NCBI GenBank assembly: GCA_963796275.1
Contig: CAWCKY010000004.1
Coordinates: 1,344,001 to 1,408,000 of the forward strand
Direction: 5' to 3'
DNA: 64,000 bases
Source: an uncultured Acidobacteriota bacterium
Lineage (GTDB): Bacteria > Acidobacteriota > Blastocatellia > RBC074
Below are positions 12,096 through 23,100 of this stretch, one piece after another. The notes beneath the pieces are model-generated. The model had not been told where the DNA came from. It saw nothing but the letters and a program-made list of their open reading frames with translations, and did not search any database. Position numbers and translations under genes: made by a program. Numbering within the stretch: position 1 is the stretch's first letter; each line of letters begins with the position of its first letter.

Positions 12096-12701
12096 ATGAT
12101 CCGATGTTACCATTGCGGAACCGATAACCTCGACGGTTCCGAGTATTGTGACGAGTGCGGAAAGAAGTTCACAGCTGCGTCGGCGAGAAATTTTTCAACG
12201 GTACCATCGCCCACGCAGACGGCGCCTCCACCTCCCCCCGCATTTACACGTGAATCGGTCCAACCGAAACCGGCGACCCCTTATACACCTGCGCCTCCAC
12301 CCGTTCCGGCTCCTGTCCCGCACGAAGGCCATCGGGTAGATCATCATCCTGAAGAGAATGGAGAGACGCATGTGCGCGCCCGGCTGATCATCCAGCGAGG
12401 CGGCAAGGTCGGCAAAGAATTTCCCATCCAGAGCGATGAATCGCTGATTGGACGATGGGACGCTGATGGAGGCACTTTCCCCGATGTCGACCTTGATCAA
12501 GATGACCCCGAAGCGAAAGTTTCGCGCCGGCATGCGCGGATACACTTTATGAACGAGCAATTTCTGATTGAAGACCTGGGCAGCACCAATGGGACGTTCG
12601 TTAACCGTGGCCCCCGCCTGCTGCCGGGCGACAAGCAACCGCTCAACAACGGTGATGAGATCATCGTCGGCAAAACATTTCTAAAATTTGTCCTGAGTTG
12701 A
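12096..12701 (+). CDS. Zinc-ribbon + Pro-rich linker + FHA domain protein
   Basis: N-terminal CYHCG...YCDECG; FHA motifs IGR, VSRRHA and DLGSTNGTFVN. Confidence 0.9.
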   Translation: MIRCYHCGTDNLDGSEYCDECGKKFTAASARNFSTVPSPTQTAPPPPPAFTRESVQPKPATPYTPAPPPVPAPVPHEGHRVDHHPEENGETHVRARLIIQRGGKVGKEFPIQSDESLIGRWDADGGTFPDVDLDQDDPEAKVSRRHARIHFMNEQFLIEDLGSTNGTFVNRGPRLLPGDKQPLNNGDEIIVGKTFLKFVLS

Positions 12702-12716
12702 AATCAAAGTGTTGAT

Positions 12717-14196
12717 ATGCCTTTTTGTCCAGATTGTGGAGCGCCCACGACAGTCGGTGACCCTTTTTGTGGTGAATGTGGCGCAAAGCAGGATAATTCA
12801 ATCACCTCCACGGTCGCCCCGCAGAGAGAGGCGCGCACTGGAGTTATTAGCATGACCGGACCCGGAAATACCCCTGCAGGAATCCAACTTGCCCCAGGAA
12901 CACTACTGGTCGAACGATATAAAATCGTCAAGCGCATCGGAGGCGGTGGTATGGGATCGGTCTACCTGGCCGAAGACCAGAATCTGGCTAACCGTCCGGT
13001 CGCTGTCAAAGAGATGATCGAAATGTTCGCCGATGAGAATGCGCGCGGGAAAGCCATCGAAGACTTCAAACGCGAAGCCGAACTTCTCGCCCGGCTCGAT
13101 CATCCTTCTATTCCGACCATCTATCAGTATTTCTTCGACATCAATCGCGGTCGCTATTACCTCGGTCATGAAATACATCGATGGCGGCGACCTGGTGGCG
13201 CGCCAGCGCGCCGCGGGAGGCAAGGTCGATGAGCCGATCGTCACCAAATGGGGAGTCGATACGTGCGACGTTCTCCAATACATCCACTCGCAGGCTCCGC
13301 CGATCATTTATCGCGACCTGAAACCCGCAAACCTTATGATCGACGCACGCGCCAATCGGGTTATGCTGGTAGATTTCGGGATCGCGCGTTTCGTCACCCC
13401 GACGCAAAAAGGAGTGACTGCCATCGGCACCATGGGTTATGCTCCACCCGAGCTTTTTGCGGGCAATGTCGAGCCACGTTCCGATATTTATTCGCTGGGA
13501 GCGACCATGTTTCATCTCCTGACGGGCCAAGACCCGCAGGACAATCCGCTTCTGATTTTCGATTTCGCCAAGAACCCAAAACCGCGGCAGATCAATCCAT
13601 CCATCTCTCCGCAGATGGAAGAGTTGGTCTGCCGCGCCGTGGAACACAAGCCCGAAAACCGATTTGCATCCGCGAAAGCGTTCGGCCAGGCGCTGCAGGA
13701 ACATCTGCGCCACATCCATAACGGCGACGAGTTCCCGGTCGTCAATGCGTTCGAGATGCAGCCCGCATATGGAGCTTTGTTAGTCTGCATCAACTGCGGG
13801 CGCGAACTGGCCGTTGACGATGTCTTCTGCGCCTATTGCGGATTCAGGCAACCGTCGAAGCGTACGACGGCGCGGCTCATCGTCCTGGGGACCAACGAAA
13901 TGTCCGCCCAGTTTCCGCTCAACAGCGATGGCGATAATCTCATCGGGCGGGTGGATCCTAACCGCGGGATAAGGCCGGAAGTTGATTTATCGAAATATGA
14001 CCCGGCGGCGCGCGTCTCGCGCCGTCACGCCAGGATTGTCGTGCAGGGCACTCAGTTCTTCATCGAAGATCTCGGAAGCGCCAACGGCACGGTCATCAAT
14101 GGCTCGACTAAACTCTCCCAGGGGAGCCGCCATCTTTTGTTGAGCGGTGACGAACTCAAACTCGGAGAGACGACGCTCAAGTTCGTGGTTTCGTAA
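12717..14196 (+). CDS. Hanks-type Ser/Thr kinase with N-terminal zinc ribbon and C-terminal zinc ribbon + FHA; +1 frameshift at ~13164
   Basis: ORF 12717..13232 has CPDCG..FCGECG, GGGGMGSVY and VAVKE. ORF 13033..14196 has YRDLKPAN, DFG, GTMGYAPPE, CINCG..FCAYCG and an FHA domain (IGR..VSRRHA..GSANGT). Removing one G from ctcggtcatg joins them as YYLVMKYIDGGDL. Confidence 0.9.
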
Positions 14197-14353
14197 GACT
14201 TGAAATTGCGAAAATGATTACCCATTCACCACAAAAGTCGCTGAGGGCAAAACAGAGCATAAAAGCAAGGAGCGGATACCGCGCGAATCTCCGCGGCATC
14301 CCCATTTTGTGTTATGTCTTGATTGTGATTTTTGCTGGTATTTCTCAAATTTG

Positions 14354-14869
14354 ATGATGTTTCAAGCGACACAAGAGAGAGGCGAATCTTCGTCCGTCCG
14401 GTCGAAAGCTCAGAGCGGAGGCAGGGGGCAGAAACCCAATTATAGTTATGTCACCCTGGCCAGCCTCGGGTTGCGGACCGGCGCGTTCCTGATCGACTAT
14501 ATTCTCACTATGTTGATATTGGCTATCCCTCTCGTGCTCGCCGTATATCTCAAGCGACGCCTGCTCGCCGTCACCGCTGCAAATATCGTTGTCACCCTTG
14601 GTTATCTCATCACGGCAGGTGCGATTTTATACAATCTGGTTTACTCATGCGCGAAGACCGGACAGAGTCTCGGTAAGAGCTTCATCGGCCTGCGCGTGGT
14701 GCGGCTCGATGGAAAGCCGATGGATTACAAGACTGCGCTTACGCGCCATCTCGTCGGCTATCCCGTCTCCGCTCTCTGCCTGGGTCTGGGAATGTTATGG
14801 ATGTTCTGGGACGGTAAACAGCAAGGCTGGCACGACAAACTGGCGAAGACGATAGTGATTAAGGACTGA
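14354..14869 (+). CDS. RDD family membrane protein
   Basis: LASLGLRTGAFLIDY, GQSLGKSFIGLRVV and QGWHDKLAKTIV plus hydrophobic helices; start taken at ATG 14354 (ORF track gives 14309). Confidence 0.9.
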   Translation: MMFQATQERGESSSVRSKAQSGGRGQKPNYSYVTLASLGLRTGAFLIDYILTMLILAIPLVLAVYLKRRLLAVTAANIVVTLGYLITAGAILYNLVYSCAKTGQSLGKSFIGLRVVRLDGKPMDYKTALTRHLVGYPVSALCLGLGMLWMFWDGKQQGWHDKLAKTIVIKD

Positions 14870-14873
14870 TCAT

Positions 14874-16661
14874 ATGACGATTACTTATTGTGGGAAATGT
14901 GGGTCCGCCAATGGAAACAGCGCCCGTTATTGTCGACAATGCGGAGTGGAGTTGAGCAGCCAGTCCGGATTCTCCCCGCAATCGACACCCCTCAATGTGG
15001 AATTTTTCCCGAAACCCGGAACGAGAATTGCTAGAAGAGATGCGCAAAAGAACACTTCCTCATCTCAATCGGAACAGATAGTGATCTCCGCGAAGGGATC
15101 GATCTCCGATGACTCATCCTCGAGCGCCATAGAACCGGGGGATGCGGTGCAGGATCCGGTGGCGATCAGCAAATCATTGCGGCGCGTGCGCGCTTCCGGT
15201 TCGTTGATACTGGAAGTCGCCTCCAAGAAAAAACAGGATGAGATGAACGCTATCATTGCAATGGCGATCGAGGGGTTTGAGAAACAGCCCGAACGACCTG
15301 AGGAGACGCAGCAAGCGCCCACATCGACCCGATCGAATCCGGCCTTTGGCGAGTCGAAACAGCGCCCGCTCCCGGCGGCCGGCGTCCAGGTAAAAATTCC
15401 CAACGCGACGCAACCGCTGGAAATGGTGATTTCAACCTTCCAGGCGGTCTGGCGCAAAGCCGTCGATCTGATGACGACCTCATCGCCCCTTTCGGATTCC
15501 GGCACCACTGCCTCGGGCGGAGGTCCCATATATCCCAACGGTCCCTCTATCGTCCTCGCTCAGGCGTCCGGACTGAATACCAAACGCAACCTCAGTCCCA
15601 AGCTGATAGCCGGATTGATCGTGATCGCGCTGCTGATCAGCGTCGGCTTCTACCAGCTTATTCGAGATCGGCTGCTCTCTCCCGACCAATCTCTTAGTTC
15701 GGAGCGGGAACTGCAGAGTGCGGAAGAACAGAGCGTGAGGTACGTTCAACTCGGCAAGAACGCAAGCGAGAAGGGGCAATACGATGCCGCGATCGCAAAT
15801 TTCAGGACGGCACTCTCGATGACTCCCAACAAGTCGGACCTGGTCTTCATGATCGCGCAGACGCACTCATCAGCCGGCCAGACCGAAGAAGCGTTGAGAA
15901 CATACAAGGCAGTGCTGCGGATCGATCCGGAACATCTGCAGGCGCGTTTGAATGTGGCCCTGATCCATCGAGCTCGGGGAAACTGGAACGCAGCTTATGA
16001 GGAGTTCAAGCGCATCATCGCGCTCGATCAGAACAGCGAGGAAGCGAACGTAGCGTTAACGGCTATCGAAGCATATCAGGCAGACAGCGCGCAACCGCCG
16101 CCGCCCATCGTTACCACTGCGCGGCGTTCACGCGCGACATCGAGGAAAACTCTCGTACTTCCGCCGGCCACCACGGCGCGATCACAGCTAACGTTCTTTT
16201 CACCGGAAGTTCCCGCCACGCAGATCATCCGGCCCCCCGCCGCTTTGGGCAGCGATAACAAGGAAGACAACCCTGACCCGCGGGGCATCGCGGAATCCCG
16301 TAGGAATCTCGGTCTCCGTTTTCTCCAGGTTAGATTATATCGCGCTGCGATCAACGAATTTTTGGCCACGCTCCGGCTGACGCCGGACGATAAAGACATC
16401 TATTATTTCATGGCAACGGCTTTTTCCGGACTCGGGCAGCCTGAACAGGCGCACGATTACTACAAGCGCGTCGACCGAGGCCAGTACCTGCAAATCTCGC
16501 AAACCGGGGCGCGCAAGACCGAGAAGGCGGCGCGCGAAGCAGCGAAGAGGCGCGCAGAAATGTTGAAGAATGACCTCGAGAGCGAACAACAGAGTGAAGT
16601 CAGACAAGTGCCCGGAGGGAGCAATCCCTTCAGTAAAGCGCTCATGAATATCTTTAAATAA
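14874..16661 (+). CDS. Zinc-ribbon / low-complexity / single TM / TPR-repeat protein
   Basis: YCGKCG..YCRQCG at the N-terminus; Ser/Thr/Pro-rich region; TM LIAGLIVIALLISVGFY; TPR-like repeats (GQYDAAIANFRTAL, GNWNAAYEEFKRII). Confidence 0.8.
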   Translation: MTITYCGKCGSANGNSARYCRQCGVELSSQSGFSPQSTPLNVEFFPKPGTRIARRDAQKNTSSSQSEQIVISAKGSISDDSSSSAIEPGDAVQDPVAISKSLRRVRASGSLILEVASKKKQDEMNAIIAMAIEGFEKQPERPEETQQAPTSTRSNPAFGESKQRPLPAAGVQVKIPNATQPLEMVISTFQAVWRKAVDLMTTSSPLSDSGTTASGGGPIYPNGPSIVLAQASGLNTKRNLSPKLIAGLIVIALLISVGFYQLIRDRLLSPDQSLSSERELQSAEEQSVRYVQLGKNASEKGQYDAAIANFRTALSMTPNKSDLVFMIAQTHSSAGQTEEALRTYKAVLRIDPEHLQARLNVALIHRARGNWNAAYEEFKRIIALDQNSEEANVALTAIEAYQADSAQPPPPIVTTARRSRATSRKTLVLPPATTARSQLTFFSPEVPATQIIRPPAALGSDNKEDNPDPRGIAESRRNLGLRFLQVRLYRAAINEFLATLRLTPDDKDIYYFMATAFSGLGQPEQAHDYYKRVDRGQYLQISQTGARKTEKAAREAAKRRAEMLKNDLESEQQSEVRQVPGGSNPFSKALMNIFK

Positions 16662-16668
16662 GCGAAAA

Positions 16669-18408
16669 GTGCCACGACTGATTGTCAGAGCTACACCATC
16701 ACACGGCGACTCCGTCGTCGAATTGTCGAGATTGCGAACAACTATTGGCCGCTCGGCGCGCAATGACCTATGCGTGGAAGACCCGTTCGCATCGCGACTC
16801 CACGCGGAGGTGCGGAGACGCGGCGACAATTTCTGGATAAGTGACCTGGGGAGCGCCAACGGCACGACGGTCAACGGAGCGCGTCTGACGAATGTCCCGG
16901 CACAACTCCACGATCGCGATATCGTTAGCATCGGTGAAACCGAGATCGAATATTCTGAACGCGCCGATACCGCCCCGGCACGTGGGCGCACGAGCATACT
17001 CTATTCCGATTCGCCCATCGCCCCCACCCCCGAAGCGACGATCTCGGCGAGTTCCCGCAATTCGGCTGCCAACCTCCTCTCCTCTCTCGAAGTCTCGCAG
17101 CGGACGCAGGTGAGGGCCGCCGGCGCAGTCCACGCCGTCCAGGATGATACGCTAGCGGTCATCAGCGATGTCAGCGTGAAGCTCCTCTCGCCTCTCTCAC
17201 TCGATGAAACTTTGAAACAGGTTCTGGAATACGTCTTCAAGGCTGTGCCCGCTGACCGCGGGTACGTTATGCTGCTCGAAACTCCAGAGAACAACGCAAA
17301 GGCCGAGCCTGAACTGGTCTGTAAGGCGATGAAGACCCGAACGGCGACCACCGAGACGGAGACCGACGTCCAGCTCAGCCGCTCGATCACCGAGCAGGTG
17401 ATAAAACAGGGCATCTCCGTGCTCACCTCTGATGCGCTGCAGGATCCGCGATTTCAGGAGCGCAGTTCGGTCATGCTCAGCGGTATCCATTCAGTAATGG
17501 CCGTGCCGCTAGCAGTCGAGAGCCGTATCTCAGGGATGATCTATGTCGACAATCCGCTGCACACCAATCGCTTCACCAAGCGCGACCTACAATTGCTGAC
17601 CTACATTGCCGGAGTCGCTGCCATCCGCATCGAAAATATGAGGTTGCTCGAAGTACAGCAGGAACAGAAGCGGCTGGCTAACGAGCTGGCCTTGGCCAGT
17701 GAGATCCAACTGCGCCTGCATCCCGAGATCCCGCCGTCGCTTCCCGGCTATGAACTGATCGGCCTAAGTTTCCCCTGCTATGAGGTGGGCGGCGATTATT
17801 ACGACTTCATCGAGCAGCGCGATGGACGCTGCGTAATCGCACTCGGCGATGTCTCCGGCAAAGGAACGGCGGCTGCTCTACTCATGTCATCAGTACACGC
17901 CGCAGTGCGAGCGCACACGAGGACGAGGCTTTCCGCCGGTGAAGTCGTCAGCGAAATCAATCTGTATATCTACGACAATACGCCGGCGAACCGCTTCGTC
18001 ACACTCTTTTACAGCGAACTCGATCCCCGCACGCACCAGTTGACCTATATCAACGCGGGCCATAATTCTCCGCTCCTCGTTCGCGCGAGCGGAGAAGTAA
18101 CGCGTCTCGACATCGGCGGATTCCCTCTGGGGATAACCGAGTTCGGCGATTATCGCGAAGGGTGGGTGGAACTCGAGATGGGAGACGTATTGGTCATATA
18201 CTCCGACGGCGCGAGCGAGAGCCTCAACGAGCAGGGCGAGGAGTTCGGCGAGGCCCGTTTGATCGATCTCGTCCAGAAGAACCGCGGCCGGACAGCCGCC
18301 GGGCTGCGTGATCGCATTGACGAAGCGCTCACCAAATTCGTCGGAAAAGCCAAGACCGTCGATGACCTAACACTCGTGATATTAAAACGAAAGAGCCAGG
18401 ATGAATGA
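16669..18408 (+). CDS. FHA-GAF-SpoIIE (PP2C/RsbU-like) Ser/Thr phosphatase
   Basis: FHA IGRS..ASRLHA..GSANGT; GAF SVMAVPL..GMIYVD; SpoIIE motifs VGGDYYD, GDVSGKG, NAGH, YSDG and DDLT. Confidence 0.93.
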   Translation: MPRLIVRATPSHGDSVVELSRLRTTIGRSARNDLCVEDPFASRLHAEVRRRGDNFWISDLGSANGTTVNGARLTNVPAQLHDRDIVSIGETEIEYSERADTAPARGRTSILYSDSPIAPTPEATISASSRNSAANLLSSLEVSQRTQVRAAGAVHAVQDDTLAVISDVSVKLLSPLSLDETLKQVLEYVFKAVPADRGYVMLLETPENNAKAEPELVCKAMKTRTATTETETDVQLSRSITEQVIKQGISVLTSDALQDPRFQERSSVMLSGIHSVMAVPLAVESRISGMIYVDNPLHTNRFTKRDLQLLTYIAGVAAIRIENMRLLEVQQEQKRLANELALASEIQLRLHPEIPPSLPGYELIGLSFPCYEVGGDYYDFIEQRDGRCVIALGDVSGKGTAAALLMSSVHAAVRAHTRTRLSAGEVVSEINLYIYDNTPANRFVTLFYSELDPRTHQLTYINAGHNSPLLVRASGEVTRLDIGGFPLGITEFGDYREGWVELEMGDVLVIYSDGASESLNEQGEEFGEARLIDLVQKNRGRTAAGLRDRIDEALTKFVGKAKTVDDLTLVILKRKSQDE

Positions 18409-19636
18409 ACTGAAACAGATCATCTTCATACCGCTCCTCTCACTTCTGCCATGCGTCTTGTGGCTGTGGTATTTCTCGAGCCGCAGTCTGTACAAGCGTC
18501 CATCGATTCGCGTCCTGGGTGTGACATTCATCCTCGGAGCGGTGGCCACGGTCCCTGCTCTCTTTCTCAACCTGGAAGGCCAGAAGTTTTTCCGCGAGCA
18601 TCTCGGCGAAAGCCAGCTCTCGCATATTCTCGTGCTTTTATTCATCGTCGGGCCGGTGGAAGAGCTGGTCAAACTTCTGGTGGTTTATCTCTACGCTTAT
18701 CGAAAGCCTCAATTCGACGAACCGCTCGATGGTGTAATCTTCAGCGCCACCGCGGCGCTGGGATTCGCTGCGGTAGAGAATGTGGTCTATCTGGGACAGC
18801 ACGATCCAATGCTCGTTCTGTTGCGCGGCCCGCTTTCGAACCCGGGTCACGCGCTCTTTTCGGCGCTCTGGGGATTGAGCCTGAGCCGTGCGAAGGCGGC
18901 GCCCAATCTGGTGCGCACGCGTTTCCCGATCATCGCCGGCGGTCTGCTGCTTGCTTCGGTGCTTCATTCTCTCTTCGATATCCTACTTATTGCATCATCG
19001 AGATGGAGCATCGTCTTTTTCGGAATACTCGTGGCGGTAATGGCAGGCCTCTTCTTCTGGGTGCGTTCTCGCATCAGATTCCATACGGAAACATCGCCGC
19101 ACCGGGAAGGGACGCTCCTGATGCCGCTCTGGCGCTATTGCCAGGAATGTGGGGCGAGGGGAACGGCTGGCATGCGCTGCACGAAATGCGGCGGCTTCAT
19201 CCCGGAGCCCGACGAATTGCAGCTCTGTCCTGTCTGTTCGACAATGCAGCGACCGGGCGCAAAATTCTGTTCGCACTGCGGAGCCAACATCAAACTACCG
19301 GTCAGGGAGAACCTGGCCACGCGCCCCCACTTCGTCTCGGTCACGCCTGAAGGGCAAGAGCGCATCGCCTACATCATCAACCATAGCGATATAATGATCG
19401 GCCGCACCTTGAATAACGGGTTCGTCATCGAACACCCATCCGTCTCCAAGCGACACGCCCGCATCGTCGTCGAAAATAACGACTACGCGCTCTACGATCT
19501 GGGAAGCAGCAACGGCACGTTCGTCAACGGAAAAAGGATTATGGAGACGAAGCTGCAGGATGGATGCGAGGTGCGGTTCGGCCGCGCACATTATGTCTAT
19601 CGATCACACAAGAGCATGGCGGAAAAAACTGCCTAA
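18401..19636 (+). CDS. PrsW-family intramembrane metalloprotease fused to double zinc ribbon and FHA
   Basis: PrsW motifs VEELVK (EExxK), GFAAVEN (FxxxE), GHALFS and HSLFD (HxxxD); four CxxC pairs; C-terminal FHA (IGR..VSKRHA..GSSNGTFVN). Overlaps the upstream gene by 8 bp. Confidence 0.88.
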   Translation: MNELKQIIFIPLLSLLPCVLWLWYFSSRSLYKRPSIRVLGVTFILGAVATVPALFLNLEGQKFFREHLGESQLSHILVLLFIVGPVEELVKLLVVYLYAYRKPQFDEPLDGVIFSATAALGFAAVENVVYLGQHDPMLVLLRGPLSNPGHALFSALWGLSLSRAKAAPNLVRTRFPIIAGGLLLASVLHSLFDILLIASSRWSIVFFGILVAVMAGLFFWVRSRIRFHTETSPHREGTLLMPLWRYCQECGARGTAGMRCTKCGGFIPEPDELQLCPVCSTMQRPGAKFCSHCGANIKLPVRENLATRPHFVSVTPEGQERIAYIINHSDIMIGRTLNNGFVIEHPSVSKRHARIVVENNDYALYDLGSSNGTFVNGKRIMETKLQDGCEVRFGRAHYVYRSHKSMAEKTA

Positions 19637-19683
19637 CCGGAATTCGCCCACAAGAAAAATAAATTAAAAAAAGAAGAGTTTCT

Positions 19684-20025
19684 GCGTTTGGAGTTCCGCG
19701 TTTACGCGGTCTTTCCTCTCCGCACTTGATTTTCCTGACCACCGGAAGGCGCAACTCCCAACATTGAGATCGCGTTCGGAGTTCCGCGTTTACGCGGTCT
19801 TTCCTCTCCGCACTTGATTTTCCTGACTGCCGGAAGGCGCAACTCCCAACATTGAGATCGCGTTCGGAGTTCCGCGTTTACGCGGTCTTTCATCTCCGCA
19901 CTTGATTTTCCTGATCGCCGGAAGGCGCAACTCCCAACATTGAGATCGAGTTCGGAGTTCCGCGTTTACGCGGTCTTTCATCTCCGCACTTGATTTTCCT
20001 GACTGCCGGAAGGCGAACACCCAAC
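19684..20025. repeat. Tandem array of 4 x 88 bp REP-doublet units
   Basis: GGAGTTCCGCGTTTACGCGG recurs at 19690, 19778, 19866 and 19954. The intervening sequence is near-identical and ends in a degenerate inverted REP (gaaggcgcaactccc). Confidence 0.92.
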
Positions 20026-20147
20026 TCTCTCGCCTTCGCCTTTTGATTTCTCCTCTACTCTGTTTTACTATCGCGGCATCGTTAATCAGCTGACGACGGC
20101 CACCCCTAGCAGATTCATTTACGGCCATCCCACCTCTGAGGAAACCA

Positions 20148-23100
20148 ATGAACAGTTCTACCATATTGCTGTGCCTATCTCTGTTCTTCTGTCACCTGGA
20201 CGACCTAGATCACGCCAGCTTCGAGGGTTTAGTGACCGAATCTTCAAACAATGCCATCGTCGGAGCGCGTGTGACGCTGCACCACATCGGTAACAACAGC
20301 GAGCGATCGGTGATCACCGATCGGGAAGGCCATTATCGCTTCCCGAAGCTCGCCGCGGGAACATATGTCCTGCGCGTCGAAGCGACGGGATTTCAGAGCG
20401 TGCGATACGAAGGGATCGAGACGATCGCGGGGGTCACACAGCGCCGCGACTTTCGTCTGCAGCCGGCGGTCATCGAAGCTCAGATCACTATCGATGCCTC
20501 GACCGATACATCGATGATCGACACATCGCGGACGGTCGTTGGAGGGACCATTACCGCACAAGAGATCGAGGTGCTTCCCGTTGAAACACGCAACCCGCTC
20601 GACCTCGTCTACGCGTTGGCAGGCACATCGCCGCCGGCGTTCAGCGACCGCGATCTGGCGGAAGGAGACCAATCGGATAACTTCCAGCAAACGCCCGAAG
20701 AGGCCGGCGTATTTTCGCTCAACGGAGGGACGCCTTTTTCCAACAACATAACCATCGAGGGTATGGACAATAACGATGACCGCGGCGCTCGAGAGAGAAT
20801 CAATCTCTCTTCGCATTCCGTCGAAGAGGTACAGGTGATAACCAACCAGTTTTCATCCGAATACGGAAGGGCCTCGGGCGGGCGCGTCAACCTGCGAATA
20901 CGCGGAGGATCGAATAATCTCCGCGGTGAAGCCTTCTATTACTTGCGCGAAGAAAGCCTCAATGCCAATGACTTCAGACGCAATGCCGATCCGGCGCGCG
21001 GCGTTCGCCTCCCCTATCAAAACCATAACCCGGGCGCCAAAATCGGCGGGCCGATCATTCCTGACAGACTTTTTCTCTTCGGCGCTTATGAGTATGACTA
21101 CATCTACGACCGCGCGGAGATCTCGGCACTCCTTCCCGTCGAGACCAACCCCATATTTCCGCTGCCCAGACCTACCGGCGCCAATCTGGGGAGCACCTCG
21201 CATAACAGGATGGGCATCCCTGTCGATGTAAATGGAGGCGCGGCCGTCGGTCTCTACGACCTGCAGGTCACGACGCCACGCACGGCACACACTTTCCAAT
21301 CGCGAGCCGATTTCAAACCGGGAGCGCAGCATGACATATTCGCGATCTACACGCTGGCGCGCAATGTCGATGAGCGCGGCTTCCCCGGCGGGCGGCGCAC
21401 GCTGGACACAATCAGGCGGACCGGCAGAAGCAGCCAATCCATCGCATTTTCAGGGACCTCGGTCGTCACATCCTGGCTGATCAATAGCGCAAAATTTCAA
21501 TTCTCACGGCTAGCACCTGCCGACGCCCCTTCGGATAATGGCCCTGTCATCCTGATCGAGACAGACGATCCGCGCGATGTGGTCGGGCAATCTAGCGCGA
21601 ATCCCTTCACCAGGAGCGGGAGATTGACGGCGGGATCGAGCACGCTCGGCGGAACCGACCGCCGCGAAGAGCGCTATCAGATACAGGAGACGCTTAATTA
21701 CATCCGCGGTGGCCATACCTGGCGCCTCGGCGGAGACTTCCAGAAGATCCGCTCGCGCTTTATAGATATCTCCGATGCGACCGGAACCTTCTCATTCGCG
21801 ACTCCGGCCGATTTTCTCGCCAGCACGCCATCTCGGTACCAGCACCGTTTCAACACCGGTTCGGAACTGCGTAATAGCTATACCGCCATATTTCTGCAGG
21901 ATGATTGGCGGGTTCGCCCACATCTCACTCTCTCGTTGGGGTTACGCTGGGACAATGAAACTATCCTCAAAGACCGCAACAATTTCGGCCCCCGGGTATC
22001 ATTCGCCTGGGATCCCTTCCATACCAGCAGAACCGTGGTGCGCGGAGGTTTTGGGATTTTTTATAACAGAGTTTTGCTGCGCACGCTCGACGATTTTCTT
22101 TTGACCTCGAACACGATCGCGATCGATACGAACAACGAAGCAGCGGAACACCTCTTGACCGAATTGCAATTTCCGAATGCGCTTGCGGCGGATGACCCGA
22201 GAGTCGGCCAGTTGGGAGTGCGTGAATCCGGATTTCTGCGCCGCATTGGCGAAGGCTTCCGCATTCCTGAAAGTTACCAGGCCGCCCTCGGCTTTGAACG
22301 CGAATTCGGAGGCGAATACAAAATAGGGTTAAATTATGTATTCAGTCGCGGTCTTCATTTGTGGCGCGAGATCAATGCGAATGCGCCGCGTCTGCCCGTG
22401 GGATACCGCGATTTCACCGAATATTTGACCGCTCGCGAATTTGATAACACGCGCGACCCGATAACCCGCCGCCGTCCGATCACGGCGACGGGGAACGCCG
22501 ATACCGTACGGTTCAGCCTCAGCCAGGCCCCGAGCCAGGTCGTCAACGAAAACGGCAAGAGGATCGTAGTTATAGGCTTGAACAATACATCGACCAGCAA
22601 CCAATCGATATCGACCGCGGGAGCCCGCGCCGCCATCCGCAATCTCCGCCCTGATCCCACGGTAACTCAGGTAGAGGAACTGCAATCGCGCGGCAACAGC
22701 TACTATCACGGGCTGAATATCGAATTGCAGCGGCGGTTCATCGACCGGGTTTTCTTCCGAGCTTCATACACTCTCAGTAAGTTGATCGACGATGGAGTGG
22801 TCAATACATCCTCACCGCTAGTAAGCGGAAACTTCGTCCGCGAGAGAGCGCCGAGCCTGATGGACGCACGCCATCGGGTTACATTCAGCGGCAGTTATCT
22901 GATCCCACGATATTTCGGCGGAATCAATCTATCGGGGACTTTCACACTTTATTCGGCGCGCCCATTCTCGATCGGGATCAATGGAAATGACAGAAATCTC
23001 GATGACGTGAATAATGACCGGCCGATTTTTGGGGGCGAGGCGGATGAGATCATCTGGAGAGGCACCAGCGAGCCGCTTGACCAGGCTTTAGTCAACGGAT

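Noticed and set aside
19684-20025. CRISPR array
   Set aside because: Whole 88-bp units repeat; only a few positions vary.
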